A stretch of DNA of 32,000 bases from Candidatus Syntropharchaeum caldarium (GTDB lineage: Archaea; Halobacteriota; Syntropharchaeia; Syntropharchaeales; Syntropharchaeaceae), in contig LYOS01000002.1 in the NCBI GenBank assembly GCA_001766815.1, positions 378,802 to 410,801 on the forward strand. Reading direction: 5' to 3'. This document shows positions 25,701 to 32,000 of this stretch, one piece after another (the first letter of the stretch is position 1; every line of letters begins with the position of its first letter). The position numbers were made by a program, and so were the translations under genes. Below the pieces are notes generated by a model. The model was not told the DNA's origin, did no database searches, and worked only from the letters and a program-made list of their open reading frames with translations.

Positions 25701-28700
25701 AGGTAGTTTGTGTAGGTGTTGCCATTGTAGGTGTAGGTTATTTTTGAGGTGGAGTTCCAGATGTTTGTTGAATCGGAGGAATAAACGTTTCGGGTATTGT
25801 TTATAAAATTATTTAAATATATTTTGTTTTCATTGGAATAAAAAAGTCGGATTCCATAGTAATTACTGCAAATAATATTGTTGATTATCGTGTTATTATT
25901 GGAAGAGTAAAAACTGAGGTAACTCATGCTATTGTAGCTTATATTGTTACCTTTAATGGTGTTATTATTGGAGAACAAAAACCCAAATGCAACTCCGTTA
26001 TTAACGATGATATTACTCACGATATTATTTTTGTCAGAATATTCTATATAAATACCTGCCCAACAATTGTCAGTGACGTTATTACCGATAATATTATTAT
26101 TACTGGAATTAATAAGCAAAACTCCGTAATCGTAATTATTGTAGACAGTATTGTTGATGATTGTATTGTTGTTTGAGTTCAAAAAAAATATGCCAAAGTC
26201 ATTAGATAATAATCTTGACTTTTCACCTATTTTGTTATCCTGTATTTTTGAGTTAGTCGAATTAAAAAAGAGAATCCCATGAGTAGTATTCGTAAAAACT
26301 AGGTTCTTAACAGTAACATTGTTACAATTTATACAATATACCGCACCTGCATTCGACGATGAATCCAAGAGTGTGTTGGAGGAATTTACAAGATAGTAAA
26401 TCGGTTTTTCTTCGATTGTATTAGAGCTATCTATTTTATTTATAAAGTGTGATTCACTCCTACCCGTTACACCAAAGTTCCATTGATTATTAGAGATTAT
26501 ATTATATCTCAAAGTATTATTTCCAGAATAACGAAGTTTAATGCCATCCCAATTGTTAATTGCAGTGTTATTGACTAGCGTATTGTTATTTGAGTAATCA
26601 AGTATAATGCCATCGCTATTATTAACAGCGATGTTGTGTGAAATAATATTGTTATCAGAGTATACGTGAATTCCATAATAATTATTACTAATATTGTTAT
26701 TTTTAATAATATTGTAGTTTGCAGTTACATTGATTCCAGCACTTGGATAATCACCGGAGTTTATTATATTAAAGCCCTCAAGTGTAATTCCATTAGCAAT
26801 TAATGTAAAAACATCACCATTATGTAATCCATCAACAATACAATTTTCAGAGCCATTCTCAGACCGAATTGTCAAATGCGGCTTATTCACCTCTATATTC
26901 TCGATATAAACACCATCATAAACAACTATCTCGCATCCCTCAATCGCATCATCCACACCTTCCTGTATCGTATCCCATTTGTGATTCGCAGGGTCATCTT
27001 CAAAATCATCATCCACATAAACTATCTTTGGTGATATGCTTATGCTCTTTGAATCTTCATCGGTAGTGCCATCATCATCTGTTACCGTTAATGTTACGTC
27101 ATAAATTCCTGCGGAAGAATATGAATGTGTTACTATCATTCCTGTTGCAGTATTTCCGTCTCCAAAATTCCACTCATATTTTTCAATTGTTCCGTCCGGG
27201 TCTGTTGAATTTGAGGCATCAAAAGTTATTTCTTGATCTACAAATGGATGAGAAGGTGAATAAGTGAATGAAGCGGTTGGTGGTTGGTTCTCTACCGGCT
27301 TAAAGTATTTCTCCCAGGGTTGCATCAGCGGATAATTGTCCTTATCTGAATCTATGCTGTAAGGCGTGTCGCCAATTCCGTCTCCATCTGCATCACCTCC
27401 AGAATAATCATCCCAATAGTTGCCGAGGTAGTTTGTGTAAGTGCTGCCGTTGTAGGTGTAGGTTATTTTTGAGGTGGAGTTCCAGATGTTTGTTGAAGAA
27501 CAAGAATCAACGTTATGAGTGTTGTTCATGAAATTGTTAAGGTATATGGTGTTGTTGCTGGAATCATATAGATGAATGCCACTATAGTTGTTCGAGTTTG
27601 CGGTGTTATTATAGATTTTGTTGTCGCTGGAAGAACCCAGACCGATGCCAGCCCCGTTGTGCGAGGCATTGTTGTTATAGATGGTGTTGTTGCTGGAATA
27701 CCACAGATCGATGCCATCACCGTTGTTCAAATAGATGTTGTTTTTAATAATATTATGCGAGGAGAATCCTAATTCAACTCCTACAATGGTATTGCTAATA
27801 CTCAGATTCTCTATTCTCATTCCCGTACAGTTGGCAAGAATGGCCTGTCCTGCATCATCGGGAACCTTACCTCCAATCTGGTTCTTAAAATAGTAAAGAG
27901 GTTTATCATTGACGGTGTTGCCCTCTATTGTATGAGTGTTCCAGTGTTGTGGTTGATCGCCCCAAATGACAACACCATCACTATTCATCACGTTATTGGT
28001 GATGCTGTTGTTGGTGGAAGAAGCCAGATAGATACCGCCCCTGTTGTTAGAGTTTACGTTGTTGCTATAGATGGTGTTGTTGGTGGAAGAAGCCAGAACG
28101 ATGCCGGCCCAGTTGTTCGAGCTTACGTTGTTGTTCTCAATGAGGTTATTGCTGGAAGAGCCGAGGAGGATTCCAATCCAGTTGTTCGAGGCGTTCACGT
28201 TCTCTATTCTACAGTTTTTCGAGCTGTGGAGGTAAACTCCAGCTATATCATAATAATAGCCAGTTGCCCCGGTCACGGTGAAGCCGCTTATGTTAACGTT
28301 ATCTGCGGTCACATCGAAGACATGGTCATCTGGATTTGCAGCATGAACAATCGTATCCTCGGGATTTCCAGAGGTTGACCTTATTGTTAAAGATTTTGTA
28401 ACATCCACATTCTCGGTGTAAGTTCCGGGGTCAACGGTGATCGTATGCCCATCCAAAGTATCAGGGTCGTCTATTGCAGCCTGGATCGTTGTGAAGTCTT
28501 CGCCGGTGTTGAGGTTGTGGACTTTTAGTTCTCTTTCTTCAGCAGGTTTTATTGTAAGGTCTTCTGTATCGGCAGTTGACCACACACCATCATCATCCTT
28601 CACCTTAAATGAGATGATATGAGTTCCAACTGAAAGATCAGATGCAGGCATGTCAAAGTCTTCTTCGTTACTCAGCACGCCGCCTTTATCTGATGTCCAT

Positions 28701-30628
28701 TCGTATGCGACCACCGAACTATCGGAATCGTTTCCATGTCCCCTGAAATGAACCATATCTTTTCCTTGGATTGCAGGGTCGGGAGTTATTGAATCAATAA
28801 ATGCTGTTGGTGGTTGGTTTACAGGGCCTGTTCCAGTCGTTTTGACGATATAGATGCCTTGATTTGTGGTGAAAAATAAGTCCTTTATCCCATCATTATC
28901 AAAGTCATGCCCCCATCCAAGCCAACTGAAGTGAGTGTTTTCTGAAGAGACAATTTTGGCATCCCAAAGCTCATTTCCATTATTCCCATCCATCACGATT
29001 TTTTTTAATGCAGCGTATCTTACCCAAGTTTCAGAACTTTCATTCCACCAAGAACACTCATAGCCTATATCTAAAAATGGATCCGGCGTACCATCCCCGT
29101 TCAAATCAGAATATCCACATACAAATGCCCGAGTATAGTTCCAGCCATTCTCTGGTGGAATAACATCAACATGATGAGTAAAACTATTTTCCCATATTTC
29201 ATCTCCATTGGCACCGCTCAGTGCTGTAACGTCATATTTATAGTCATAAGAATCCAATTTTGTAGAGTTAACAGTAAAAACCTCATCTTTACCATCACTA
29301 TTTATATCGTTGCAATAACCAACATACCCTACATTTACATTTTTTTCCCATATTATTGATCCATCTGCTCCACTAAGAACTTGAAGTTTGTTTGAGCTCA
29401 CAGCAAAGTCGTTAATCCCATCGTTATCAATATCAAGCCAGTAGCAGATATCTATACTGCCATTATAGTATCTGCTCCATACCGCCGACCCATCCTTACC
29501 ATTCAGAACATGAATGCTACTGCTATTATTCTTCTCGTCATCACCTTCAACAACTACATCTATTATCCCGTCTTTGGTATAGTCATAATAGGAGTAAGAA
29601 AAGAAATCATACCCAAATTTTTCATTCCATATTTCGGCCCCGTCTTTCCCGCTCAACGCAGTTACATTTCCTGCATTGGTATCATATGAATAAGTCGATG
29701 CAATATAATCTCCAATTCCATCTCCATTTAAATCTGGAAGCTCACGTGGTATACACCTACGAAAGTCGCCCTCAAAAATTTTGCTCTGCCATATTTCAGA
29801 TCCGTCTTTTCCACTAATAGCCTCTATTAACGAAATGGAATGATCCATACCCACCCAGCAATTCCAACGGAAAGTTATATCGTTTATCAAATCCTCATTC
29901 AAGTCATTTTCATGAGCGGTGCCCCATCCTCCCCATCTCTCTGTGCGAGCAATTGTTTTACTCCAAAGGGTGTTACCATCAACCCCGCTGATCAAATCCA
30001 TAGCAAGATAGGTCTCGTTGTTGCTTTTGTTATAATTTCTGGAATAAATTATAACATCATCTATCCCATCTTCATTTTCATCTCCTATAGGTCCTGCAAT
30101 TTCTATTTCTCTACCATAGCTCTTGTTCCAGAGAGTAAAACCACTTTTTCCACTCAGCAAGAGTAATTTCCCAGTCGTATTCCAGCTATCACTAACAATG
30201 ATGTCACTTACTCCATCGCCGTTAACATCGCCTATCCACGCCAAATCAAGATGTGAATATTCTTTTTTGTTTTCATATTTCCATAGGAGTTCTGCGTTTC
30301 CATGAAGGGAAAAGGTGTAGTTTGATTTGTGAGTTCCTGCTGCTCTGATCATCTGTTTGTTGAGTTCATGTTTCGGAATCGAACGTTTATAAAACGGAAT
30401 ATGTTTCTCATGTGCTAAATATTCCTCATCTTCATCTATCATACGACCAAAGAGCATGCGATGGGGAATGAGCGTATCGCCGTAAAAAGGCATCGCTGCC
30501 CCATCCCCCGCCTGAATCGATTCCCCTTCTTCCACATGCGATCTTGCAGACGCTCCTCCTGCAAAAGCACAAAGTAGCATGAAAACTACGCAGACCACAA
30601 ACATGAGATGTTTTATATTCCCCTTCAT
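22781..30628 (-). CDS. giant (2,615 aa) secreted mosaic surface protein
   Basis: It is a single uninterrupted 7.8-kb ORF. The order is signal peptide, ~8-blade propeller, PKD-like, beta-helix block 1 plus cap, PKD, beta-helix block 2 plus cap, beta-sandwich modules, Cys/His/Asp papain-like candidate domain, unknown beta-rich region, PKD, dockerin. Domain motifs are listed in the sub-features. Confidence 0.85.
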   Translation of the reverse strand: MKGNIKHLMFVVCVVFMLLCAFAGGASARSHVEEGESIQAGDGAAMPFYGDTLIPHRMLFGRMIDEDEEYLAHEKHIPFYKRSIPKHELNKQMIRAAGTHKSNYTFSLHGNAELLWKYENKKEYSHLDLAWIGDVNGDGVSDIIVSDSWNTTGKLLLLSGKSGFTLWNKSYGREIEIAGPIGDENEDGIDDVIIYSRNYNKSNNETYLAMDLISGVDGNTLWSKTIARTERWGGWGTAHENDLNEDLINDITFRWNCWVGMDHSISLIEAISGKDGSEIWQSKIFEGDFRRCIPRELPDLNGDGIGDYIASTYSYDTNAGNVTALSGKDGAEIWNEKFGYDFFSYSYYDYTKDGIIDVVVEGDDEKNNSSSIHVLNGKDGSAVWSRYYNGSIDICYWLDIDNDGINDFAVSSNKLQVLSGADGSIIWEKNVNVGYVGYCNDINSDGKDEVFTVNSTKLDSYDYKYDVTALSGANGDEIWENSFTHHVDVIPPENGWNYTRAFVCGYSDLNGDGTPDPFLDIGYECSWWNESSETWVRYAALKKIVMDGNNGNELWDAKIVSSENTHFSWLGWGHDFDNDGIKDLFFTTNQGIYIVKTTGTGPVNQPPTAFIDSITPDPAIQGKDMVHFRGHGNDSDSSVVAYEWTSDKGGVLSNEEDFDMPASDLSVGTHIISFKVKDDDGVWSTADTEDLTIKPAEERELKVHNLNTGEDFTTIQAAIDDPDTLDGHTITVDPGTYTENVDVTKSLTIRSTSGNPEDTIVHAANPDDHVFDVTADNVNISGFTVTGATGYYYDIAGVYLHSSKNCRIENVNASNNWIGILLGSSSNNLIENNNVSSNNWAGIVLASSTNNTIYSNNVNSNNRGGIYLASSTNNSITNNVMNSDGVVIWGDQPQHWNTHTIEGNTVNDKPLYYFKNQIGGKVPDDAGQAILANCTGMRIENLSISNTIVGVELGFSSHNIIKNNIYLNNGDGIDLWYSSNNTIYNNNASHNGAGIGLGSSSDNKIYNNTANSNNYSGIHLYDSSNNTIYLNNFMNNTHNVDSCSSTNIWNSTSKITYTYNGSTYTNYLGNYWDDYSGGDADGDGIGDTPYSIDSDKDNYPLMQPWEKYFKPVENQPPTASFTYSPSHPFVDQEITFDASNSTDPDGTIEKYEWNFGDGNTATGMIVTHSYSSAGIYDVTLTVTDDDGTTDEDSKSISISPKIVYVDDDFEDDPANHKWDTIQEGVDDAIEGCEIVVYDGVYIENIEVNKPHLTIRSENGSENCIVDGLHNGDVFTLIANGITLEGFNIINSGDYPSAGINVTANYNIIKNNNISNNYYGIHVYSDNNIISHNIAVNNSDGIILDYSNNNTLVNNTAINNWDGIKLRYSGNNTLRYNIISNNQWNFGVTGRSESHFINKIDSSNTIEEKPIYYLVNSSNTLLDSSSNAGAVYCINCNNVTVKNLVFTNTTHGILFFNSTNSKIQDNKIGEKSRLLSNDFGIFFLNSNNNTIINNTVYNNYDYGVLLINSSNNNIIGNNVTDNCWAGIYIEYSDKNNIVSNIIVNNGVAFGFLFSNNNTIKGNNISYNSMSYLSFYSSNNNTIINNIICSNYYGIRLFYSNENKIYLNNFINNTRNVYSSDSTNIWNSTSKITYTYNGNTYTNYLGNYWDDYTGTDANNYGIGDTPYSIDSDEDNYPLMERFENYFPSDDTGSLIINTYNVNGNPAYEVKGTTIVELIKAGETSAFAEEVVDDGKVTFLVPAGEYYINVWHDPEFEYGEEEFWGQITGITVNAGDTTEKDFYRCNPYVEEFNAKEVDVNNPVDVNVTIKVPSNFTSDEVDVKASVIIKNESGQVVLQEESGIETVQRGGNSTFTFIFTPSKQETYTGLAKAYIVGGGEICTDNYGWIEMFRYNLCIDVVKKDDTDDLPVVSVKTELYDSRMVRLYEKFTNVSGCTCFDNLEWGDYQVKVINGGNEETKNIYLSKSTKEIVELTDEMDVCLVDLHYWTVSPSDLEISDAGVVEDKWYYKFFTPCNKNTRYKLYSESHHTFEFWFNAPFLENQLTISPALKNWDDDEGLTNFNPFNDSYIFENRRVRESKGICFGMTSTSILYYGNKGLYPYSSDTEYIAPNPLDFTHLLDYVPEYVPACENSNCGYWDPETGQIKRDTFRGKEITPMDNVIFSIIMHQIAGKKRSFNVDTAKNRIKDGHPVLISINDTNSSSPGHSVLAFGYYEEGDHIEFYIYDPNSNSLSGDKNRVQLEFSHLYYNSETGDIDPPYGKYDTLNEFSVPETFTWWGSFTWPWLSPTGEPSEHEGLITNYTVLACSNPIEISTSDCKSDECTGYFDSTQYVTDIDYSYGFMEYRKVNGNVADTVYIVAHPISLETTVETQEIPGTLDPLVITSVNFNRSLTVVSDNKIVADVNGSSINISGEGNVQLRINGVKDGAIENKTIPLILTNNSTVYADLTTDYVEVDYDGDGNIDSNLSAPTADFFFTPQSPTVDDTITFNASASYDPDGNIMNYTWNFGDGNTTTTPDPVITHSYSEAGSYEVTLTVTDNDGLTSSTTKNVLVRCGDLNSDGTIDMTDLYLLLDHVGNHAEYQIDEDVNCDGSVNVGDVILLLNYMGDPVKYKLDCCDKR
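22784..22981 (-). other. dockerin module of the giant protein
   Basis: The sequence is [66 protein letters not shown]. Confidence 0.7.
22990..23238 (-). other. PKD domain 3
   Basis: The sequence is [47 protein letters not shown]...[24 protein letters not shown]. Confidence 0.8.
23849..24661 (-). other. candidate papain-fold (clan-CA-like) cysteine peptidase domain embedded in the giant protein
   Basis: [13 protein letters not shown] carries Cys2079 (codon 24392-24394). [13 protein letters not shown] carries His2202 (codon 24023-24025). FYIYDPNSN carries Asp2222 (codon 23963-23965) and Asn2224. The order and spacing (C...~120 aa...H...20 aa...D/N) fit a Cys-His-Asp/Asn triad. This rests on motif-level inference only. 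Confidence 0.4.
25575..27029 (-). other. parallel beta-helix block 2 plus cap module
   Basis: It begins [26 protein letters not shown]...[15 protein letters not shown]. The rungs follow the pattern NN.I..N...GI.L..S.NN. The cap is [29 protein letters not shown]...[11 protein letters not shown]. Confidence 0.75.
27030..27289 (-). other. PKD domain 2
   Basis: The sequence is [50 protein letters not shown]...[23 protein letters not shown]. Confidence 0.85.
27300..28530 (-). other. parallel beta-helix block 1 plus cap module (paralogous to the 801-aa protein)
   Basis: It begins [20 protein letters not shown]...[14 protein letters not shown], followed by rungs and the cap. 27741-28020 is about 90% identical at nucleotide level to 21296-21575. 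Confidence 0.8.
28548..28819 (-). other. PKD-like / Ig-like domain 1
   Basis: The sequence is [49 protein letters not shown]...[17 protein letters not shown]. Confidence 0.65.
28838..30316 (-). other. ~8-bladed beta-propeller with FG-GAP-like Ca loops
   Basis: Eight repeats pair D-x-N-x-D-G-x-x-D ([63 protein letters not shown] ...) with x-S-G-x-D-G-x-x-x-W ([80 protein letters not shown]). Confidence 0.7.
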
Positions 30629-30750
30629 TCTTCTGATCGCCTCTTTCCTGTATCTATTTTGAGTATATCGATCCGATCAAAAGTAAAACCGAAACCACCT
30701 CATACATACACTCCTCCAATTTCTGTGCATGCCCAAAATATAAACTTAAC
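30629..30750 (-). promoter_or_regulatory. conserved promoter/5' leader module of the giant gene (twin of 22637-22755)
   Basis: The TATA box TTTATATTT lies at 30736-30744 (coding strand). GGAGGAG plus a 17-codon u[20 protein letters not shown], occupies 30654-30707. Then ggaaagagg precedes the main ATG at 30628. There are about 10 substitutions and one 1-nt indel relative to the twin. Confidence 0.5.
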
Positions 30751-30774
30751 GAAAAGGAAGGATGTCGATCATCT

Positions 30775-31350
30775 TCACGTCTCCTCACAGCAGGTAAGCC
30801 TGTATATCTCAGGATTGTTCACATGATTGAGCAATAAGATCACATCACCCATGTTAACAGAGCCATCGCAGTTTACATCGGCTATTGCTTCATAATCACC
30901 GTGGTTTCCAACGTGCTTCAGAAGCAGGTAGAGATCGGTCATATTTATCTCGCCATCTGAGTTAAGGTCGCCACATACTCCTTCAACTGAAAGATCAAGC
31001 TTTCTTGGTGGTGCCATTGAATACCAGACCGCGGTTTCATTTGCACGAACGCCGTTCACGTAGAACTCGATCATCTTACCATCATCTGCCGCACTGCCAT
31101 TTACCACAAGATAATTGAGATTATCACCATACTTTCCAGGTGTTGTGACCTCGACACTCCCACGAAGCTCACCATCGATGTGTGCATTTATTACTATCCC
31201 AACTGGGGCTGGTTCTCCATTCAGGCTCACATTACCGTAGAACTTGTTGGGAGGAGGTGGCGCATCATCTGCTATTCCAATCATCACCCCACTCAAGATA
31301 ATGGTGAGCAGGAGCGATAGCAGCACCGCTCCTCTCTTAAATCTCTTCAC
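30775..31350 (-). CDS. small secreted protein: ~90-aa beta-sandwich plus dockerin
   Basis: It has a signal/TM segment. The domain [33 protein letters not shown]...[10 protein letters not shown] is about 70% identical to the N-domain of the PGF-CTERM protein at 13164-14576. A dockerin follows. The start lies 6 nt after the upstream stop, which suggests co-transcription. Confidence 0.75.
   Translation of the reverse strand: MKRFKRGAVLLSLLLTIILSGVMIGIADDAPPPPNKFYGNVSLNGEPAPVGIVINAHIDGELRGSVEVTTPGKYGDNLNYLVVNGSAADDGKMIEFYVNGVRANETAVWYSMAPPRKLDLSVEGVCGDLNSDGEINMTDLYLLLKHVGNHGDYEAIADVNCDGSVNMGDVILLLNHVNNPEIYRLTCCEET
30778..30975 (-). other. dockerin module of the 191-aa protein
   Basis: The sequence is [66 protein letters not shown]. 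Confidence 0.7.
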
Positions 31351-31356
31351 ACATCA

Positions 31357-32000
31357 TCACCGACGCTGGATGTAGATGTACGCCGCGATGATCCCGAGAA
31401 GTACCAGCAGGATTATACCGATCACAACCCAGCTTATTGGTATAGGTTGGCCAGGGGTTGATGTGGGTGTTGCAGTTGGAGTCTGGGTTGGTGTGGGCGT
31501 GGGTGTTGCAGTTGTGATCGTCGCTGGCGAAGGGGCTGGTGTCGCGGTTATTGTGGGCGTTGGGGTTTCCGGCAGTACACCAGGATAGGACGATGGATCA
31601 TCTGGATCGGTTCCAGCGATCATCTCCTGTATGTCACTGTAGCCATCACCATCTGAGTCCCTCGGAGCGCCTCCTCCCCTGTAGTAATTATCACGCATTC
31701 CCTTTTCACCCTCATCTGCCTCAACAGTTATATCAATCGAACTTGATCCCTGAGTGTACCCTACTTTTGTAACATCCACAGCAATCGCATATGTTGCGTC
31801 CGAACTCACAGATGGTGCGGTGTATATAGCAGTGAATATTCCCCCGGCATCTGTGATTCCACTGTCTGGTGAAAATATCCCATCTGTTGAGCTGAGTATC
31901 ACATTTGCATCAGCGATGGTATTCCCTTCTGATGTGACAGTTACTGTTATCGTGGAACTCTCGCCGGATTTAACACTCATCGGATTCGCAGTGAGTGAGA
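31357..32000 (-). CDS. C-terminally membrane-anchored surface protein, partial (5' end beyond the window)
   Basis: The frame stays open to nt 32000 (..SLTANP precedes the ORF-track Met). The order is a Big_1/invasin-like Ig domain (SGESSTITVTVTSEGNTIADANVILSSTDG...TDAGGIFTAIYTAP), a Ca loop (DSDGDGYSD), a Thr/Pro linker, and a C-terminal helix with a basic tail (ISWVVIGIILLVLLGIIAAYIYIQRR). It is PGF-CTERM-like in layout but lacks the PGF tripeptide. Confidence 0.65.
   Translation of the reverse strand, partial: SLTANPMSVKSGESSTITVTVTSEGNTIADANVILSSTDGIFSPDSGITDAGGIFTAIYTAPSVSSDATYAIAVDVTKVGYTQGSSSIDITVEADEGEKGMRDNYYRGGGAPRDSDGDGYSDIQEMIAGTDPDDPSSYPGVLPETPTPTITATPAPSPATITTATPTPTPTQTPTATPTSTPGQPIPISWVVIGIILLVLLGIIAAYIYIQRR

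Noticed and set aside
20231-31350. Reading the dockerin cluster as a cellulosome or polysaccharide-degrading system.
   Set aside because: No glycoside hydrolase, carbohydrate esterase or CBM signature is visible. CASH/NosD-like beta-helices alone do not establish carbohydrate-active function.

Overview
The window reads as an archaeal chromosome segment. GatD, Kae1, a PGF-CTERM sorting signal, CooS and a CbiA/CfbB-type amidase support this; a methanogen/ANME-like lineage is my inference only. No rRNA, tRNA or CRISPR array was seen.

Layout:
(i) 1-4.3 kb holds small accessory genes. They include an MNT/HepT toxin-antitoxin cassette whose HepT toxin is broken by two frameshifts. The cassette is bracketed by a structured direct repeat.
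(ii) 4.4-11 kb holds core genes: cbiA/cfbB-DUF3467-gatD-aroC (minus), cooS (plus) and a bacterial-type ruvC (minus).
(iii) 11.0-16.5 kb: two ~429-bp, ~97% identical direct copies of the mtnA 3' end lie exactly 5,041 bp apart. They bracket a 4.6-kb, partly AT-rich cargo encoding almost only secreted or membrane proteins: an SNase-LTD lipoprotein, a PGF-CTERM surface protein, a lipoprotein, small membrane proteins and one orphan cytoplasmic protein. There is no recognisable integrase. This looks like an island that split an ancestral mtnA-ruvC overlap.
(iv) 16.0-20.2 kb holds mtnA-hemC-hemL-kae1.
(v) 20.2-32 kb is a cell-surface cluster. It has an 801-aa Asn-rich parallel beta-helix protein and a 2,615-aa mosaic giant with a beta-propeller, 3 PKD domains, 2 beta-helix blocks, beta-sandwich modules and an embedded Cys/His/Asp papain-like candidate peptidase domain. 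It also has a 191-aa protein. All three end in an unusual Cys-marked dockerin module. A C-terminally anchored Ig-like protein runs off the window edge. The two large genes share a ~120-nt promoter/leader with a conserved 17-codon uORF.

The most interesting candidate system is this dockerin-tagged surface assembly, whose cohesin partner is not visible here.
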